Shown here: positions 62,092 to 64,000 of the stretch, one piece after another
Layout of the letters: each line of letters opens with the position of its first letter
Position numbering within the stretch: the stretch's first letter is position 1
Assembly: GCF_964213995.1 (NCBI RefSeq)
Contig: NW_027590142.1
Span: 930,001 to 994,000, forward strand
Direction: 5' to 3'
DNA: 64,000 nucleotides
DNA from: Mustelus asterias
Lineage: Eukaryota
Position numbers and translations under genes: made by a program
The notes under the pieces: generated by a model
Told to the model about the DNA's origin: nothing
Databases searched by the model: none
Seen by the model: only the letters and a program-made list of their open reading frames with translations

Positions 62092-62310
62092 CACAAAACC
62101 AGAAAATACTGGAAAAGCTCTGCAGCTCTGACATCATCTGTGAAGAGAGAATAGTGTTAGCGTTTCGAGTCCGGATGGCCCTGACGAATCGTCATCGAGA
62201 CTCGAAACTTTGGCTCTATTCTCTCTCCACAGATGCTGTCAGACCCACTGAGATATTCCAGAATGTTTTGTTTTTGTTTTGGATTATAGAATCCGCAGTA
62301 ATTTGCGTTT
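62092..62310. mobile_element. Palindromic Penelope-end-derived element
   Basis: The left arm is the reverse complement of the right arm, and the right arm matches the Penelope terminus at 6545-6680. Confidence 0.65.
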
Positions 62311-63504
62311 CGGACTCGCAACAATTTTTGGCCTTGCGAATAATACTCATCGCCCAATGAATGAAAATTATTGAGAAAGAATCCAAGAATTAACAAGTAT
62401 CTGTTTAACCGATTCTTCAGGCAGCAACTATTAGTGAATCAAATGAAAGTGTTGCACTCCAGTCAATCCTGTCACTCATCCGGTTCATACATTAAGGAAC
62501 GAGGCAATTCGGCCTAACGAGCGCATGCTTGCTATCTCAATGAGCTCAAAAAAACCCACTGCATTTGCCGTTGGCACATGTCCCTCTGCATGTTATACTT
62601 TCGATTTTGTAATCATTCTCTTTTGAAAGTCACCACGGAAATGTTTACTCTGGTCTTTGAGACAATGAATCCCAAACCCTAACAATTGACAATGTAAACC
62701 CGACTTGCTCATCTTCGATTCCAGGAACAGTTCTTGCTCCGTCTCTTACACGTGCGCCTTACCAAGCCGCCGTGAAATTTTAATATGTATACAGTAACAT
62801 ACAGGCTACTGAGAAGTAGGAGTTGGTCACTTCCGGCCTGCTCTGCCAGTAAATAAGATTATGGTCGATCTCATTATAAGCTTCTGCCAACACTGATCAC
62901 CTTTCACCCTCCTTGTTTACTAAGAATCTAGCTCCTTCTGCCTTTAAAAATATTGAAAGACTGCTTCCACTGCCTTCTGAGGAAGGGACTTCCAGGGGCA
63001 CATGACCCTCTGAGAGGAAAACCTCCCCACTCTTCCTCTCCTAAACGTGCGACCCCTTATTTGTAAAGAGTGCCCTTGGGGCTTCAGTGGAGCATTGCAG
63101 CAGGCTAAGGAGGGACTCGTAGGCAGGAAGAGTGAAGATGAAAACAGGTTGTGCGTTGGAATTCTCGAAATGAGCCACGCATTTCTTTTCAGGGAAGAAA
63201 CCAGCGTGAACGTAAGAGGCCAAAGTGCAGCATTTCAGACAAAAACAGGAAACGCTGCTTGCATTAAGCCAGCCAGTAACTGTGCAAGTGAGAAACCGAG
63301 TTAAGGTTTCAGATTGATGTCTTTGCATGAGGGCTGGAAGATGTAAGAGATGACGAGTTATTTATATTCTTCCGCCCTATGTGGTTGCTGCAGCCTCTCG
63401 CCTCTTGTCTCACTAAACATTTCAGAAGATAGCTAAATGTCGGCCACATTTCTCTAGGTCTTTTCTCACACATAGTCCAGGTTGTCAGCAGATTTCCTTT
63501 CTGA

Positions 63505-63920
63505 AAGAACATAAAAACTAGAAGCAGGAATAGGCCATCTGGCCCTCCGAGCCTGATCCGCCATTCAATAAGATTATGGCTGATTTTTTCATGGGCTCAG
63601 CTCCGCTTACCCGCCCGCTCACCATAACCCTGAATTCCTTTACTGCTCAAAAATCTATCTTTACCTTAAAAACGTTTAACGATGTAGCCTCAACTGCTTC
63701 ACTGGGCAGGGATTTATACACATTCACAGCCATTTACGTGAAGAGGTTCCTTCTCTACACAGTCCAAAATCTCCTCATCTTTATTTTGAGGTCTTGTCCC
63801 TTAGTTCTAATTTCATCTGCCATGGAAACAACCTCCTTGCTTCTATCTTATCTATTCCTTTTATAATTGTATGCGTTTCTATAAGAACCCCCATTTTCTT
63901 CCAAACTCCAATGAGCATTG
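63505..63920 (-). mobile_element. CR1 3' fragment
   Basis: Reverse complement of a CR1 3' UTR and ORF2 end; similar fragment at 62795-63080. Confidence 0.75.
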
Positions 63921-64000
63921 GTACAACATTGGTGCGCAGAATGTGCTTTTGCAACAACGGATGACAGTTTTCTTAAGTTCTCTATTATTCAGCCGAATTT

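Overview
Vertebrate genomic DNA from a cartilaginous fish (shark-type): the D-proximal end of the T-cell receptor delta (TRA/TRD) locus, with all antigen-receptor segments on the + strand. The order is: a complete NARTCR cassette (leader plus IgNAR-like V with a 22-spacer RSS, one D with 12/12 RSS, a NAR-like J with a 22-spacer RSS); its leaderless supporting TCR-delta V, followed by three tandem 23-RSS copies; a divergent TCR V with an extra Cys pair; an IgH-like V (IgHV/TAILV type); a single D-delta (12/23); five intact and three broken J-delta segments; and three coding C-delta exons. Most of the rest is transposon-derived. This includes a nested block (an old CR1 holding a Penelope fragment and a 10.6-kb endogenous retrovirus with PBS-Phe, a 5-bp TSD, no RT and a gamma-type env, itself holding another CR1), many CR1 LINEs, L2- and Rex1-like fragments, tRNA-derived SINEs and microsatellites. 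NARTCR and Ig-V use by shark TCR-delta are established. The least explained observations are the RSS triplication, the IgH-style RSS wiring and D/J microhomology of the NARTCR cassette, the extra-Cys V, the mosaic RT-less ERV and a candidate RUNX/Myb/GATA enhancer 3' of C-delta. Everything was read by eye; repeat boundaries without a TSD are approximate.
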